Below are positions 51,511 through 60,566 of a stretch of 64,000 nucleotides of DNA, one piece after another (position 1 is the stretch's first letter; each line of letters begins with the position of its first letter). A program made the translations under genes and the position numbers. Origin of the DNA: Thermodesulfovibrionales bacterium (GTDB lineage: Bacteria > Nitrospirota > Thermodesulfovibrionia > Thermodesulfovibrionales > SM23-35); the NCBI GenBank assembly GCA_963715195.1, contig CAVQRT010000031.1, positions 224,001 through 288,000 of the forward strand, given 5' to 3'. The notes beneath the pieces were generated by a model, which was not told the DNA's origin, did no database searches, and saw only the letters and a program-made list of their open reading frames with translations.

Positions 51511-52503
51511 CTATGCCCCATAAAATTTAGACGGGCCTTGCAGAACGTGCCATTCAGCTTCTTCAAAGACTTTTATGCACTCCTTGACTGTCATCCCCCG
51601 TTTGCCTTCTGTCTCTTTCTCGGTGTCGCGGGGGTTGGCCCCGGCTTCCGCCCACAGGAGGTTGGCCCCTGCAGCGGCACCAATGACATTCGGCTCGTGA
51701 GTGCAGTTGCCTGGTACGTCATACCCCAGCGCCAATCTCACTACCGCAAGAATGTGTGCCATCTTTGCCTCGCTGACGATACCATATTGAGCCATATTGG
51801 TTCCGGGTATCGGGATTCGCCGTGCTGCCCCACTATACACCGGTTTGGCGTCACGGGTAATTATTGTCTTTTCTACTAATTCTTCAATAGAATGTTCATT
51901 ACCAACCGGCTCGACACAAGTACCCAATGATAGTCCGGCTTCTCTCGCATTTTTAAAAGTCATGAGTCTTTTATTGACAGGAATTGTTGTATCTCGACCT
52001 TCACCTAATCTCACAGCATGGTATATTCCCACAAAACCGGTATCTTTCAGCTTTTTTGCCTGTTCTCTGGTAAAATCTCCGATGTTTGCAACAAGGACAG
52101 TTTCCGGGCGGAGGGATTTCCTGATTTCCCGGGAGATGTTGACGAATTTTTCGAACGAATAATCAGCCGTACTCATGATATAAACGGCATTCGCTCCGTC
52201 AGCTTCGAGCTGTTTTGCTTTTGCAACAGCTTCCTCCGCTGAAATTTCAACCCTTTCAGTAAAAACTTTGTTTTTGGCCGCAAACGAACAAAATGAACAG
52301 TTCCTAGGGCACGGAGCAATATTTAAACCCACTTGCGCATGAACTTCCGCCAGGCCATTGCCTGCATGCTCACTCTTTCTTCGAGAAGCTGCGAGCATCA
52401 TTGCAGATTCTTCGGAAAAGAGGGGAACCCGGAATAATGAGGTAATTTCCTCTCTGCTGAGCGATGCTCCGTCTAATGCCTTTTGCAGTATTTCCCTAAT
52501 CAG
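51511..52503 (-). CDS. Radical SAM protein (BioB/HydE-like fold)
   Basis: CPRNCSFC; frame stays open upstream of the track start to a CTG at 52503. Confidence 0.8.
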   Translation of the reverse strand: MIREILQKALDGASLSREEITSLFRVPLFSEESAMMLAASRRKSEHAGNGLAEVHAQVGLNIAPCPRNCSFCSFAAKNKVFTERVEISAEEAVAKAKQLEADGANAVYIMSTADYSFEKFVNISREIRKSLRPETVLVANIGDFTREQAKKLKDTGFVGIYHAVRLGEGRDTTIPVNKRLMTFKNAREAGLSLGTCVEPVGNEHSIEELVEKTIITRDAKPVYSGAARRIPIPGTNMAQYGIVSEAKMAHILAVVRLALGYDVPGNCTHEPNVIGAAAGANLLWAEAGANPRDTEKETEGKRGMTVKECIKVFEEAEWHVLQGPSKFYGA

Positions 52504-52602
52504 AATACTATACCCCCAGCAAAGTTCTCGCGATCGTGCGAATTAATAATTATACCATTGATTCTATGGTAAGCGCGGTCATATGTTGCCGTTAAATTCC
52601 AC

Positions 52603-52650
52603 TTGACAGGAAATTCTCATAGGTATAAAATGATATTGACAATCATTATC
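52603..52650 (+). promoter_or_regulatory. sigma70 promoter with Fur box
   Basis: TTGACA-N17-TAAAAT followed by GATATTGACAATCATTATC (17/19 to GATAATGATAATCATTATC). Confidence 0.8.
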
Positions 52651-52669
52651 AATAAGGAGATTAGTCGTT

Positions 52670-53143
52670 ATGCCGTGGAGAGATGGATCCGGACCCCCAT
52701 GGTTGCAGGGGAAATTAAAGGGTTGTGGTTACAGGCTGACAGTACCGAGAGAAGCCATTCTGGATGTTTTGAGTAACACAAATGAACATCTGTCTGCTGA
52801 AGATATTTATCTAAAGGTACACAAGGTGCATCCTGCAATCGGATTGACGACTGTGTACCGAACTTTAGAACTGCTGGTGCAAACGGGGATGGTGTTCAAA
52901 TTCGACTTTGGCGATGGCAGAGCCAGATATGAATTATCTGAAAGTCCAAAGGGTATTGGGCACCATCACCATCTCGTGTGCACCAAATGCCGCAGGATCG
53001 TTGATTATCAGGATTTTATTGATGAAGAAAAAGAGCTCTTGAAAAAGACCGAACGGGGGCTTTCTAAGAAATATAATTTTCAGATTACGAACCATCTCAT
53101 CCAGTTTTACGGGTTATGTTCGCGCTGTCTGAAGAGCGGTTAA
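52670..53143 (+). CDS. fur: Fur-family regulator 1
   Basis: TVYRTL, HHHHLVC, CxxC. Confidence 0.9.
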   Translation: MPWRDGSGPPWLQGKLKGCGYRLTVPREAILDVLSNTNEHLSAEDIYLKVHKVHPAIGLTTVYRTLELLVQTGMVFKFDFGDGRARYELSESPKGIGHHHHLVCTKCRRIVDYQDFIDEEKELLKKTERGLSKKYNFQITNHLIQFYGLCSRCLKSG

Positions 53144-53155
53144 AAAAATTTGTCA

Positions 53156-53174
53156 TATAATGAAAATGATTATC
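53156..53174. promoter_or_regulatory. Second Fur box
   Basis: TATAATGAAAATGATTATC (16/19) downstream of fur and upstream of the M50/Orp-like genes. Confidence 0.65.
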
Positions 53175-53272
53175 ATTGGCACCAATGGACACGAGACTTT
53201 TTGATGACCTGTATAGGAATTTTCTGATCGATGTTTCGATCAGAATCATAAGGAAGCAGATTTTTCAATACC

Positions 53273-54037
53273 ATGAAAACATTACAATTTAGAAATTGCA
53301 AAGTATGCATAAACCCTTTCTGCTCAATTATTGCGGTGATGATCATTTTCTCTTGCGTGAAAGTCATGACACCTATTGACGGTTACCGTTTGCACGCTTT
53401 TGACTATCTGATTATTTCCTTTCTGATTCTCGTTGGTTCGATGGGTTGTCTCTTCTTACACGAGTATGCACATGTTCTGGCATCGAGGAGGATAGGCTTA
53501 CCGGTTAAGGAAATTACGGTGTCATTGTTTGGAGCTTACACGTCACTTCATGGTAGCCCTTTGCAACCACGAGAGGCACTCGTTGTATCTATAGCCGGGC
53601 CTGTCGCAAATGTCTTTATAGGAATCATTTTCTATGCAGGTTACCTTGTTTTCCTGCAATCAGATATTGTCGGTACTATATTCTTTTACCTGAGCGTTTT
53701 CAATGGTGTTCTGAGTGCTTACAATTTAATGCCAGTTATGCCTTTAGATGGAGGATTGATTGTGCGTTCCACATTGTGGTTGGTGAGCGGTAACTGGACA
53801 TGGGCAACGCGAAGAGCACTCCTCATTGGCAATGGATATGCTGTACTTTGCATTATCGCAGGAATCATGCTTGTCACCATGCAGCATAGTCTCATCGGTG
53901 CCGTTTTATGCGTTCTGGGGTTATCTCTTTGGCAAAGTGAAAAATTAGCATATCAACGAATGTTGGCAGCAAAAATATTGAACATAGTAAACCCTAAGGG
54001 CTATCGAAAGGAGGTGATGAGAGATGCCATTCGGTGA
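53273..54037 (+). CDS. Site-2 protease (M50) family
   Basis: HEYAH, AGP, NLMP..PLDGG. Confidence 0.88.
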   Translation: MKTLQFRNCKVCINPFCSIIAVMIIFSCVKVMTPIDGYRLHAFDYLIISFLILVGSMGCLFLHEYAHVLASRRIGLPVKEITVSLFGAYTSLHGSPLQPREALVVSIAGPVANVFIGIIFYAGYLVFLQSDIVGTIFFYLSVFNGVLSAYNLMPVMPLDGGLIVRSTLWLVSGNWTWATRRALLIGNGYAVLCIIAGIMLVTMQHSLIGAVLCVLGLSLWQSEKLAYQRMLAAKILNIVNPKGYRKEVMRDAIR

Positions 54038-54395
54038 CGGAACAGGACCTCAGGGCTTCGGGCCAAGGACAGGAAGAGGGTCAGGATATTGCGCTGGCTT
54101 TGGAATGCCTGGTTCCATGAATTCTGTGCCTGGAGGAGCGGGCTTTGGCTTCGGCCGCGGCAGGGCAATGGGCTGCCAGTGGTTTGGAGGTGGTCGCGGA
54201 TGGCGGAACTGGTATCGTGCAACTGGATTACCCCACTGGGCACGAGCAGGGTATGGATATCCTTATGCACCATCATGTACCGCCAAAGAGGAAACAAACT
54301 TTCTTAGGGAAGAGGCAGAATTTCTGAGAAAGCAGCTCGAAGACATTCAAAACCGGATCAGTACTTTAGAAAAGGCAGAAACGCAGGAAAGCTGA
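54024..54395 (+). CDS. DUF5320 Gly/Arg-rich protein
   Basis: MPxGDGTGPxG.GP.TGRG.G.C start, coiled-coil tail. Confidence 0.85.
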   Translation: MPFGDGTGPQGFGPRTGRGSGYCAGFGMPGSMNSVPGGAGFGFGRGRAMGCQWFGGGRGWRNWYRATGLPHWARAGYGYPYAPSCTAKEETNFLREEAEFLRKQLEDIQNRISTLEKAETQES

Positions 54396-54527
54396 TATGT
54401 CCAATATCAGGTTGCCATTGCGATCTCGCTCCCCCCTTCCTGTATCAAGAGCAGATGTTTTGAGTATTCTGCCTTGAGAGTGGATCGCAATGGCTTTTTT
54501 AAGAAAAGATAAGGGAGGTAACATCAC

Positions 54528-54932
54528 GTGAGAGTTGCAATATCTACAGACGGTGAATTTGTATCGGAACATTTCGGAAGATGTCCGTCTTTTACGGTAG
54601 TCGATATTGAAGAGGGCATAGTCAGGAGTACCATGGCCTTGGAAAATCCCGGACATCAGCCAGGGGTTATCCCCCAATTTTTACATCAGAAGGGAGTCAA
54701 CTGTATTGTGGCAGGCGGCATGGGAATGCGTGCAAGAGGTTTTTTTGATGAGGTCGGTATGCAAGCGATTCTGGGTATTACAGGAAGGATCGACGATGTA
54801 ATCCGGAAACTTCAGAACGGAATACTGCAGGGAGGTGAGAGTCTCTGCAAGCCAGGTGCAGGAAAAGGATATGGTCTTGACAAGGAAGTGTGTGACCATC
54901 CAGATGAAGCGCATAAAAAGTGTAAACACTAA
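54528..54932 (+). CDS. NifB/NifX-family metal-cluster-binding protein
   Basis: HFGRC, GGMG.RA. Confidence 0.88.
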   Translation: MRVAISTDGEFVSEHFGRCPSFTVVDIEEGIVRSTMALENPGHQPGVIPQFLHQKGVNCIVAGGMGMRARGFFDEVGMQAILGITGRIDDVIRKLQNGILQGGESLCKPGAGKGYGLDKEVCDHPDEAHKKCKH

Positions 54933-54938
54933 AGAGAG

Positions 54939-55316
54939 GTGATAGACATGAAAATTTGTATAACGTCACAGGAAGACAATCTCGATGCACAGGTCGATCC
55001 CCGCTTTGGCAGATGCCGATATTTTGTTATTGCTGATCCGGAAACCCTTCAGTATGAGGCGATTGTGAATCCTAATATTGATGCGAGGGGTGGTGCAGGC
55101 ATACAATCAGGGCAGATTATGGCCGAAAAGCAGGTCAAAGCAGTTGTCACGGGAAATGTAGGTCCGAATGCTTTTCAGACGCTCAATGCAGCCGGAATTA
55201 CGGTAGTAACAGGTGCGTCGGGCACTGTCAGGCACGCGATAGAAAAATACAAGAACGGGGAATTAGAAACAGCCCAGGGACCAACAACCGGCGCCATGAT
55301 GGCGCACGGGAAATAG
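54939..55316 (+). CDS. NifB/NifX-family protein (Orange-protein-like)
   Basis: DPRFGRC, GAGIQ, TGNVGPNAF. Confidence 0.88.
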   Translation: MIDMKICITSQEDNLDAQVDPRFGRCRYFVIADPETLQYEAIVNPNIDARGGAGIQSGQIMAEKQVKAVVTGNVGPNAFQTLNAAGITVVTGASGTVRHAIEKYKNGELETAQGPTTGAMMAHGK

Positions 55317-55320
55317 GGAG

Positions 55321-55545
55321 GTGATTGGAATGCCAAGAGGACAGGGTCAAGGTTCTGGTTCGGGCGGCGGGATGGGAAGAGGTGCTGGCAGCGCTGGTAG
55401 AAGAGGAATGGGAGGTAAAAAAGCTGGAGGCCCGGGAGGTAATTGCATCTGCCCCAATTGTGGAGAAAAAGTTGTCCATCAGCAGGGTGTCCCCTGTTAC
55501 TCAGTCAACTGCTCCAAATGCGGTGCAAAAATGGTGAGGGAATAG
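55321..55545 (+). CDS. Small Gly-rich Cys4/zinc-ribbon protein
   Basis: GPGGNCICPNCG..H..G.PC...C.KCG. Confidence 0.8.
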   Translation: MIGMPRGQGQGSGSGGGMGRGAGSAGRRGMGGKKAGGPGGNCICPNCGEKVVHQQGVPCYSVNCSKCGAKMVRE

Positions 55546-55584
55546 AGGTGTTAGAAATGCAATCTCCTTGGAGAGAGGTGGAAT

Positions 55585-56484
55585 ATGCGTAAGGAACAGG
55601 AATGTAAAACGAATGAAAGCAGTTCAAAGCGGAATCTCCCGACAAGGGAGGAGATTGAAGAGATGCGGGAAAAGCTTGCGCTGCAGGATAATATCGGGCG
55701 TATCAGCCACAAAGTTGTTGTACTGTCAGGTAAAGGGGGTGTCGGCAAGAGTACGGTTGCTACCAATATAGCAGTCGCCCTGTCTGTAAAGGGACAGAAG
55801 GTCGGACTGATGGATGTTGATATCCATGGTCCGAGTATTCCTAAAATGCTGGGACTTGAAGGAAACGTACTGAGAGGAACAGAAACAGGGCTTACGCCGA
55901 TAGTTTATAGTGATAATTTACGGGTGATGTCAATCGGGTTTATCCTGAGGAGTCAGAACGATGCAGTTATTTGGAGGGCACCACTGAAACACAAGCTCAT
56001 AAGAGATTTTCTTACCGATGTGAAATGGGGTGAGATTGATTATCTTATTATTGACTCTCCTCCAGGAACCGGAGACGAACCTCTTTCTGTTGCTCAGTTG
56101 ATTGAAGATGCAGACGGAGCTGTCATTGTGACAACCCCTCAGGATGTAGCCCTTATAGATGTACGCAAGGCTATAACGTTTTGTCGTCAGGTAAACCTTC
56201 CGGTTTTGGGGGTTGTTGAGAATATGAGTGGCTTTGTTTGCCCTCATTGTGGTAAGACGGTGAATATATTTAAAACTGGTGGTGGTGAATCAATGGCATC
56301 AGATATGGGCGTGCCTTTTCTCGGACGTATACCACTGGAACCGAAGATTGTCGATGCAGGCGACAGCGGAAAACCGTATTTTGAGTACTACCGGGAGTCG
56401 GAAACCGCAAAGGCTTTCAATAGGGTAATAGAAACCCTGCTCTTGTTGAACTCTCAAAGGAAAACTGCTTCTTCAGGAGAGTGA
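55585..56484 (+). CDS. apbC: Mrp/NBP35 (ApbC) Fe-S carrier ATPase
   Basis: SGKGGVGKST, DSPPGTGDE, ENMS, CPHC. Confidence 0.92.
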   Translation: MRKEQECKTNESSSKRNLPTREEIEEMREKLALQDNIGRISHKVVVLSGKGGVGKSTVATNIAVALSVKGQKVGLMDVDIHGPSIPKMLGLEGNVLRGTETGLTPIVYSDNLRVMSIGFILRSQNDAVIWRAPLKHKLIRDFLTDVKWGEIDYLIIDSPPGTGDEPLSVAQLIEDADGAVIVTTPQDVALIDVRKAITFCRQVNLPVLGVVENMSGFVCPHCGKTVNIFKTGGGESMASDMGVPFLGRIPLEPKIVDAGDSGKPYFEYYRESETAKAFNRVIETLLLLNSQRKTASSGE

Positions 56485-56488
56485 ATCC

Positions 56489-56731
56489 ATGCCTGTTTAT
56501 GAATATAAATGTGAAACATGCGAATATGTATTTGAAGTGAACCATGCAATGAACGAAAATCCGGCTGTGTTCTGTCCGGAGTGCAATGCAAACGCCATGA
56601 AGATTATTACCGGAGGAACGGGGTTTATTATGAAAGGCTCTCATCATAAGGGTACCGGCATCCAGTGCGGAAGGGAACAGACATGCTGCGGAAAAAGCAC
56701 CCCGTGTGAAACACGACCGTGTGACAAATAA
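56489..56731 (+). CDS. FmdB-family zinc-ribbon protein
   Basis: MPVYEYKC..C...CPEC. Confidence 0.85.
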   Translation: MPVYEYKCETCEYVFEVNHAMNENPAVFCPECNANAMKIITGGTGFIMKGSHHKGTGIQCGREQTCCGKSTPCETRPCDK

Positions 56732-56755
56732 GATGACAAGAGGAGGAATAATCCA

Positions 56756-57625
56756 TTGATCATATCGATTGCAAGCGGGAAAGGCGGCACCGGAAAGACC
56801 ACTGTTGCGGTGAATCTTGCCTTATCGCTTCAGAATGTCCAGTTTCTGGACTGTGACGTGGAAGAACCGAATGCGCATCTTTTTCTGAAGCCAAAAATGC
56901 ACTCGAAGAAAATTGCTACTATCCCGGTACCCCAGGTTGATGAAACGCGATGTGATTTCTGTGGGAAATGCAGTGAGGTGTGCGCTTACAATGCGATTGC
57001 TGTTTTTCCGGGCAACGAAAACAGAATCGGGAGCGGTGTTCTGATTTTTCCCCATCTCTGCCATGGTTGCGGAGGCTGTACGCTCCTGTGTCCGCGTGGT
57101 GCCATCCATGAAGTGGACAAGGAAATAGGCGTGATTGAAAAAGGCACATGCGGGGCTATGCATTTTGTTCACGGCAAATTACATATCGGGGAAATTATGT
57201 CACCGCCTTTAATCAGACAGGTGAAGCTTTCTATTGACCGGTCACGCACAGTCATCATTGATGCTCCTCCTGGGACTTCCTGTCCTGTTATCGGCTCGGT
57301 AAAAGGGAGCGATTTCTGCATCCTCGTCACCGAGCCGACTCCTTTTGGATTGCATGACCTCATTCTGGCGGTTGAAGTGCTTGAGAAAATGGAGATTCCC
57401 TTCGGGGTTGTGATAAACCGCTCTGATATCGGGGATAGCGGGGTGGACAATTTTTGCCGGGGCAGGAATATTCCTATCCTTATGCAGATTCCTTTCGACA
57501 AGGAGATTGCATTTCTCTATTCGAACGGCATCCCATTCGTCACGGAAAAGGAAGAGTACATTCAGAAATTTGAGAATATGTTTGAAGCTATTGAAGCAGG
57601 CATCAGCGGGAAGGCTGCACGATGA
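56756..57625 (+). CDS. MinD-like P-loop ATPase with inserted 2x[4Fe-4S]
   Basis: SGKGGTGKT, DCDVEEPN, PPGTSCP, TEPT. Confidence 0.9.
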   Translation: MIISIASGKGGTGKTTVAVNLALSLQNVQFLDCDVEEPNAHLFLKPKMHSKKIATIPVPQVDETRCDFCGKCSEVCAYNAIAVFPGNENRIGSGVLIFPHLCHGCGGCTLLCPRGAIHEVDKEIGVIEKGTCGAMHFVHGKLHIGEIMSPPLIRQVKLSIDRSRTVIIDAPPGTSCPVIGSVKGSDFCILVTEPTPFGLHDLILAVEVLEKMEIPFGVVINRSDIGDSGVDNFCRGRNIPILMQIPFDKEIAFLYSNGIPFVTEKEEYIQKFENMFEAIEAGISGKAAR

Positions 57626-57729
57626 ACGTTATCGACAGAATGCGCTTGCTTGATATTAAACCATATGTGCCGGATTTTGAACCGAGACAAGAAGTCGGAA
57701 CCGGCTGGCTTGAGGGGACATTACCATGA
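57622..57729 (+). pseudogene. 35-aa ORF resembling the C-terminal remnant of TsaA/TrmO
   Basis: LLDIKPYVPDFE...GW motif; ATGA overlaps with both flanking ATPase genes. Confidence 0.5.
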
Positions 57730-58574
57730 AACAGATAGTTGTTATAAGCGGAAAGGGAGGTACAGGGAAAACCGTCTTAACCGCATCTTTTGCCTCACTG
57801 GCCGGTAACAAAGTCATGGTCGACTGTGATGTGGATGCGGCAGATTTGCATCTTTTGTTGAAGCCGGACATAAAGGAACGGCATGAGTTCAGAAGTGGTG
57901 TAACCGCCAGGATAGACAGAGACATTTGTCAGGAATGCGGTGAATGTATTTCAGCCTGCCGATTCGAGGCAATAAGTGAAGATTTCAGGGTAGATCCAGT
58001 CTCATGTGAGGGATGTACTGTCTGCAGCCATGTTTGTCCCGCAGGTGCGGTCATAATGGAAGAAAATATTTCAGGAGAGTGGTACATTTCAGAGACAAAA
58101 TACGGTGCTCTTGTGCATGCGAAATTGGGCATCGCCGAAGAAAACTCGGGCAAGCTCGTTGCGAAGGTGCGTCAAATTGCAAAAGATATAGCCGAGAAAA
58201 CAGAGAGAGATTACGTGATAATTGACGGCCCCCCCGGCATCGGCTGTCCTGTCATTGCAGCAATCACCGGTGTTGACCTCGCACTCATTGTAACAGAGCC
58301 AACCCTGTCAGGCATGCATGACATGGAAAGGGTGGCACAGGTGTCGAAACATTTCGGGATTCCAACGAAAGTGGTTATCAATAAATACGACTTGAATCTG
58401 AAAAACAGCGAAACTATCAGAAAGATGTGTGACCAGGCAGATATGGAAGTGGCAGCACTTCTGCCGTTTTCCCGGCAGGTTAGTGAATCAATCGTTCAGG
58501 GAATTCCTCTCGTCGAATTCAGCAAGAACGGAATATCCGGGGACATCGCTCTGCTCTGGGAGAGGATCAGATAA
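57726..58574 (+). CDS. Second MinD-like 4Fe-4S P-loop ATPase
   Basis: SGKGGTGKT, DCDVDAADL, ENSGKLV, PPGIGCP. Confidence 0.9.
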   Translation: MKQIVVISGKGGTGKTVLTASFASLAGNKVMVDCDVDAADLHLLLKPDIKERHEFRSGVTARIDRDICQECGECISACRFEAISEDFRVDPVSCEGCTVCSHVCPAGAVIMEENISGEWYISETKYGALVHAKLGIAEENSGKLVAKVRQIAKDIAEKTERDYVIIDGPPGIGCPVIAAITGVDLALIVTEPTLSGMHDMERVAQVSKHFGIPTKVVINKYDLNLKNSETIRKMCDQADMEVAALLPFSRQVSESIVQGIPLVEFSKNGISGDIALLWERIR

Positions 58575-58577
58575 TTT

Positions 58578-59510
58578 ATGAAACATGTATATGGCCCCGT
58601 GCCCTCACGGAGGTTGGGCTTTTCCCTTGGGATAGATGTAGTTCCTTATAAGACCTGTACGCTTGACTGCATATATTGTCAACTCGGAAGGACAACCCAG
58701 AAAATGACAGAGAGAAAACACTATTCGGAAAAAGATGCTGTTTGCAGAGAAGTGCAGGAAACCTTGGACAAACAACAGCGTGTCGATTATATAACCTTCT
58801 CCGGTTCCGGTGAGCCAACCCTGAATGCTGAAATAGGTGCTCTCATCAGAGAGGTAAAAACGATAACGCCGGTGCCGGTGGTCGTTCTTACCAACGGAAC
58901 CTTGCTTTTTCGGAAAGATGTTCAGGAAGATCTTGCAGGTGCTGATATTGTAATGCCTTCTCTTGATGCCGCTTCTCAGAAGGTGTTTGAACGTATCAAC
59001 AGACCTCACAAGTCTCTCGATATACAGACAATTATTCATGGGCTCACAGCATTCAGGAAACGGTACACCGGACAGGTATGGCTGGAGATTATGTTTGTGG
59101 ACGGTTTCAATAATGATCACAACGAATTGCTTTTCTTAAAGGAGGCAGCATCAGAAATCGACCCTGATAAAATCTATCTTAATACCGTCGTAAGACCGCC
59201 GGCTGAAACATATGCAAAACCGCTCAACAAGGACGAGATGTTAACGCTAAGAAGTTACCTGGACCAACGCTGTGAAGTTATTGCAGAATTTCATGGGCAA
59301 AAAATCGAGGAAACTCAGAATGTTGATGAAGCAATTATCGAGATGACCAGAAGACGTCCCTTAACCATTACCGATATAGCAAATGTCCTTGGCATCTCGG
59401 GGGTGAACGCTGAAAAATGGGTAAATGGTCTCGAAGAGTCGGGCAAGCTCAAAGAGCGGCAATATAAGGGAGAAAAATATTACTCGTATACAGTGGAACC
59501 GCAGAGATAA
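58578..59510 (+). CDS. Radical SAM protein (COG0731-like)
   Basis: YGPVPSRRLG, CTLDCIYC, SGEPTL. Confidence 0.9.
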   Translation: MKHVYGPVPSRRLGFSLGIDVVPYKTCTLDCIYCQLGRTTQKMTERKHYSEKDAVCREVQETLDKQQRVDYITFSGSGEPTLNAEIGALIREVKTITPVPVVVLTNGTLLFRKDVQEDLAGADIVMPSLDAASQKVFERINRPHKSLDIQTIIHGLTAFRKRYTGQVWLEIMFVDGFNNDHNELLFLKEAASEIDPDKIYLNTVVRPPAETYAKPLNKDEMLTLRSYLDQRCEVIAEFHGQKIEETQNVDEAIIEMTRRRPLTITDIANVLGISGVNAEKWVNGLEESGKLKERQYKGEKYYSYTVEPQR

Positions 59511-59834
59511 CTGACAAGAACCGGGGGATGAAGCTTTCCGAACTTGAGCGTTGGTTTGAAGTTTTCGACTGATCTTTCTCATTTCGGCAGTATTCGGAAA
59601 ATAGTGTTTTAAAAATCATCAACCCGAAAAGCGCAGACATTGTTTTCGCCCCGGCGAATCCGCTGAGGCGGACAAAATTTATTTACCCCGATGATGTTTG
59701 CCTCACCGAATCCCCGAAGTGAAAAATAAAGTCAGCAAAACCAATTATTGAAAAACGACTTTTTCAGCGTCCCGTTAAAAATGTGCTTCTGCAGGACACA
59801 GGTTGACAAAGAGTCATTGTTTATAATAAAGTAT

Positions 59835-59853
59835 ATTGAGACTCAATCTCAAT
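59835..59853. promoter_or_regulatory. Fur-like operator overlapping the fur2 start
   Basis: ATTGAGA-CTCAA-TCTCAAT inverted repeat downstream of TTGACA (59803). Confidence 0.6.
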
Positions 59854-60313
59854 GGAAGAAGAAATATTCAGACAATATCTTGAGAAGAACGGGCAGCGGT
59901 TAACGAGGGAGAGGAATGCTGTTTTGGAGAAGGCTTTGTCGTGCAGGGGACACTTTGATCCTGAAACCCTTTACGTAGACATGAGGAAGAGGGGCATGAA
60001 GGCATCAAGGGCCTCCGTATACAGAACCCTCAATTTGCTGTGTGAATGCGGACTTGTGGAAAAAGTCAACAAAACAGAACACGGCACCATTTACGAACAG
60101 GCACTCGGCCGCCCTCATCACGATCATATGGTCTGTATTCATTGCGGAAAAATTATAGAATTTTTTTCTGAAAGCCTCGAAAAACTGCAGGAAGAGATAT
60201 GCAGTGAACGGGGATTCAGAGGGAAAAATCATACGCTTGAAATTCGCGGATATTGCAAAGACTGTGAAAGAGGGAAAGACGTTGCGGAAGGAGAGAAAAC
60301 ATATGGGCGGTGA
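59852..60313 (+). CDS. fur: Fur-family regulator 2
   Basis: SVYRTL, HHDHMVC, CxxC. Confidence 0.9.
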   Translation: MEEEIFRQYLEKNGQRLTRERNAVLEKALSCRGHFDPETLYVDMRKRGMKASRASVYRTLNLLCECGLVEKVNKTEHGTIYEQALGRPHHDHMVCIHCGKIIEFFSESLEKLQEEICSERGFRGKNHTLEIRGYCKDCERGKDVAEGEKTYGR

Positions 60314-60566
60314 TCTCATGCCACTGATCTTGCTGAAGGAAGGCCAAGAAGGGATCGTGCATATGGTCTCTGGAGGATTGGGACTGATTGGCAGGCTTGC
60401 TTCTCTGGGGATAACTTCTGGTATGAGGGTCAAGGTGGTCAGGAATATTGGTGGACCTTTAATAATTACGACGAATGGTACAAGGATTGCCATAGGAAGG
60501 GGGCAGGCCCAGAAAATACTTATCCGGCGTTTGGCCGCCGGAATGGTGCAAGCAGAGATTGCATGA
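60303..60566 (+). CDS. feoA: Ferrous iron transport protein A
   Basis: RLASLG..G, GP, IAIGRG.A.KI. Confidence 0.9.
   Translation: MGGDLMPLILLKEGQEGIVHMVSGGLGLIGRLASLGITSGMRVKVVRNIGGPLIITTNGTRIAIGRGQAQKILIRRLAAGMVQAEIA

Noticed and set aside
54528..55316. Nitrogenase cofactor (nif) cluster
   Set aside because: The NifX-like domains are in Orp-like context; no nifHDKEN in the window
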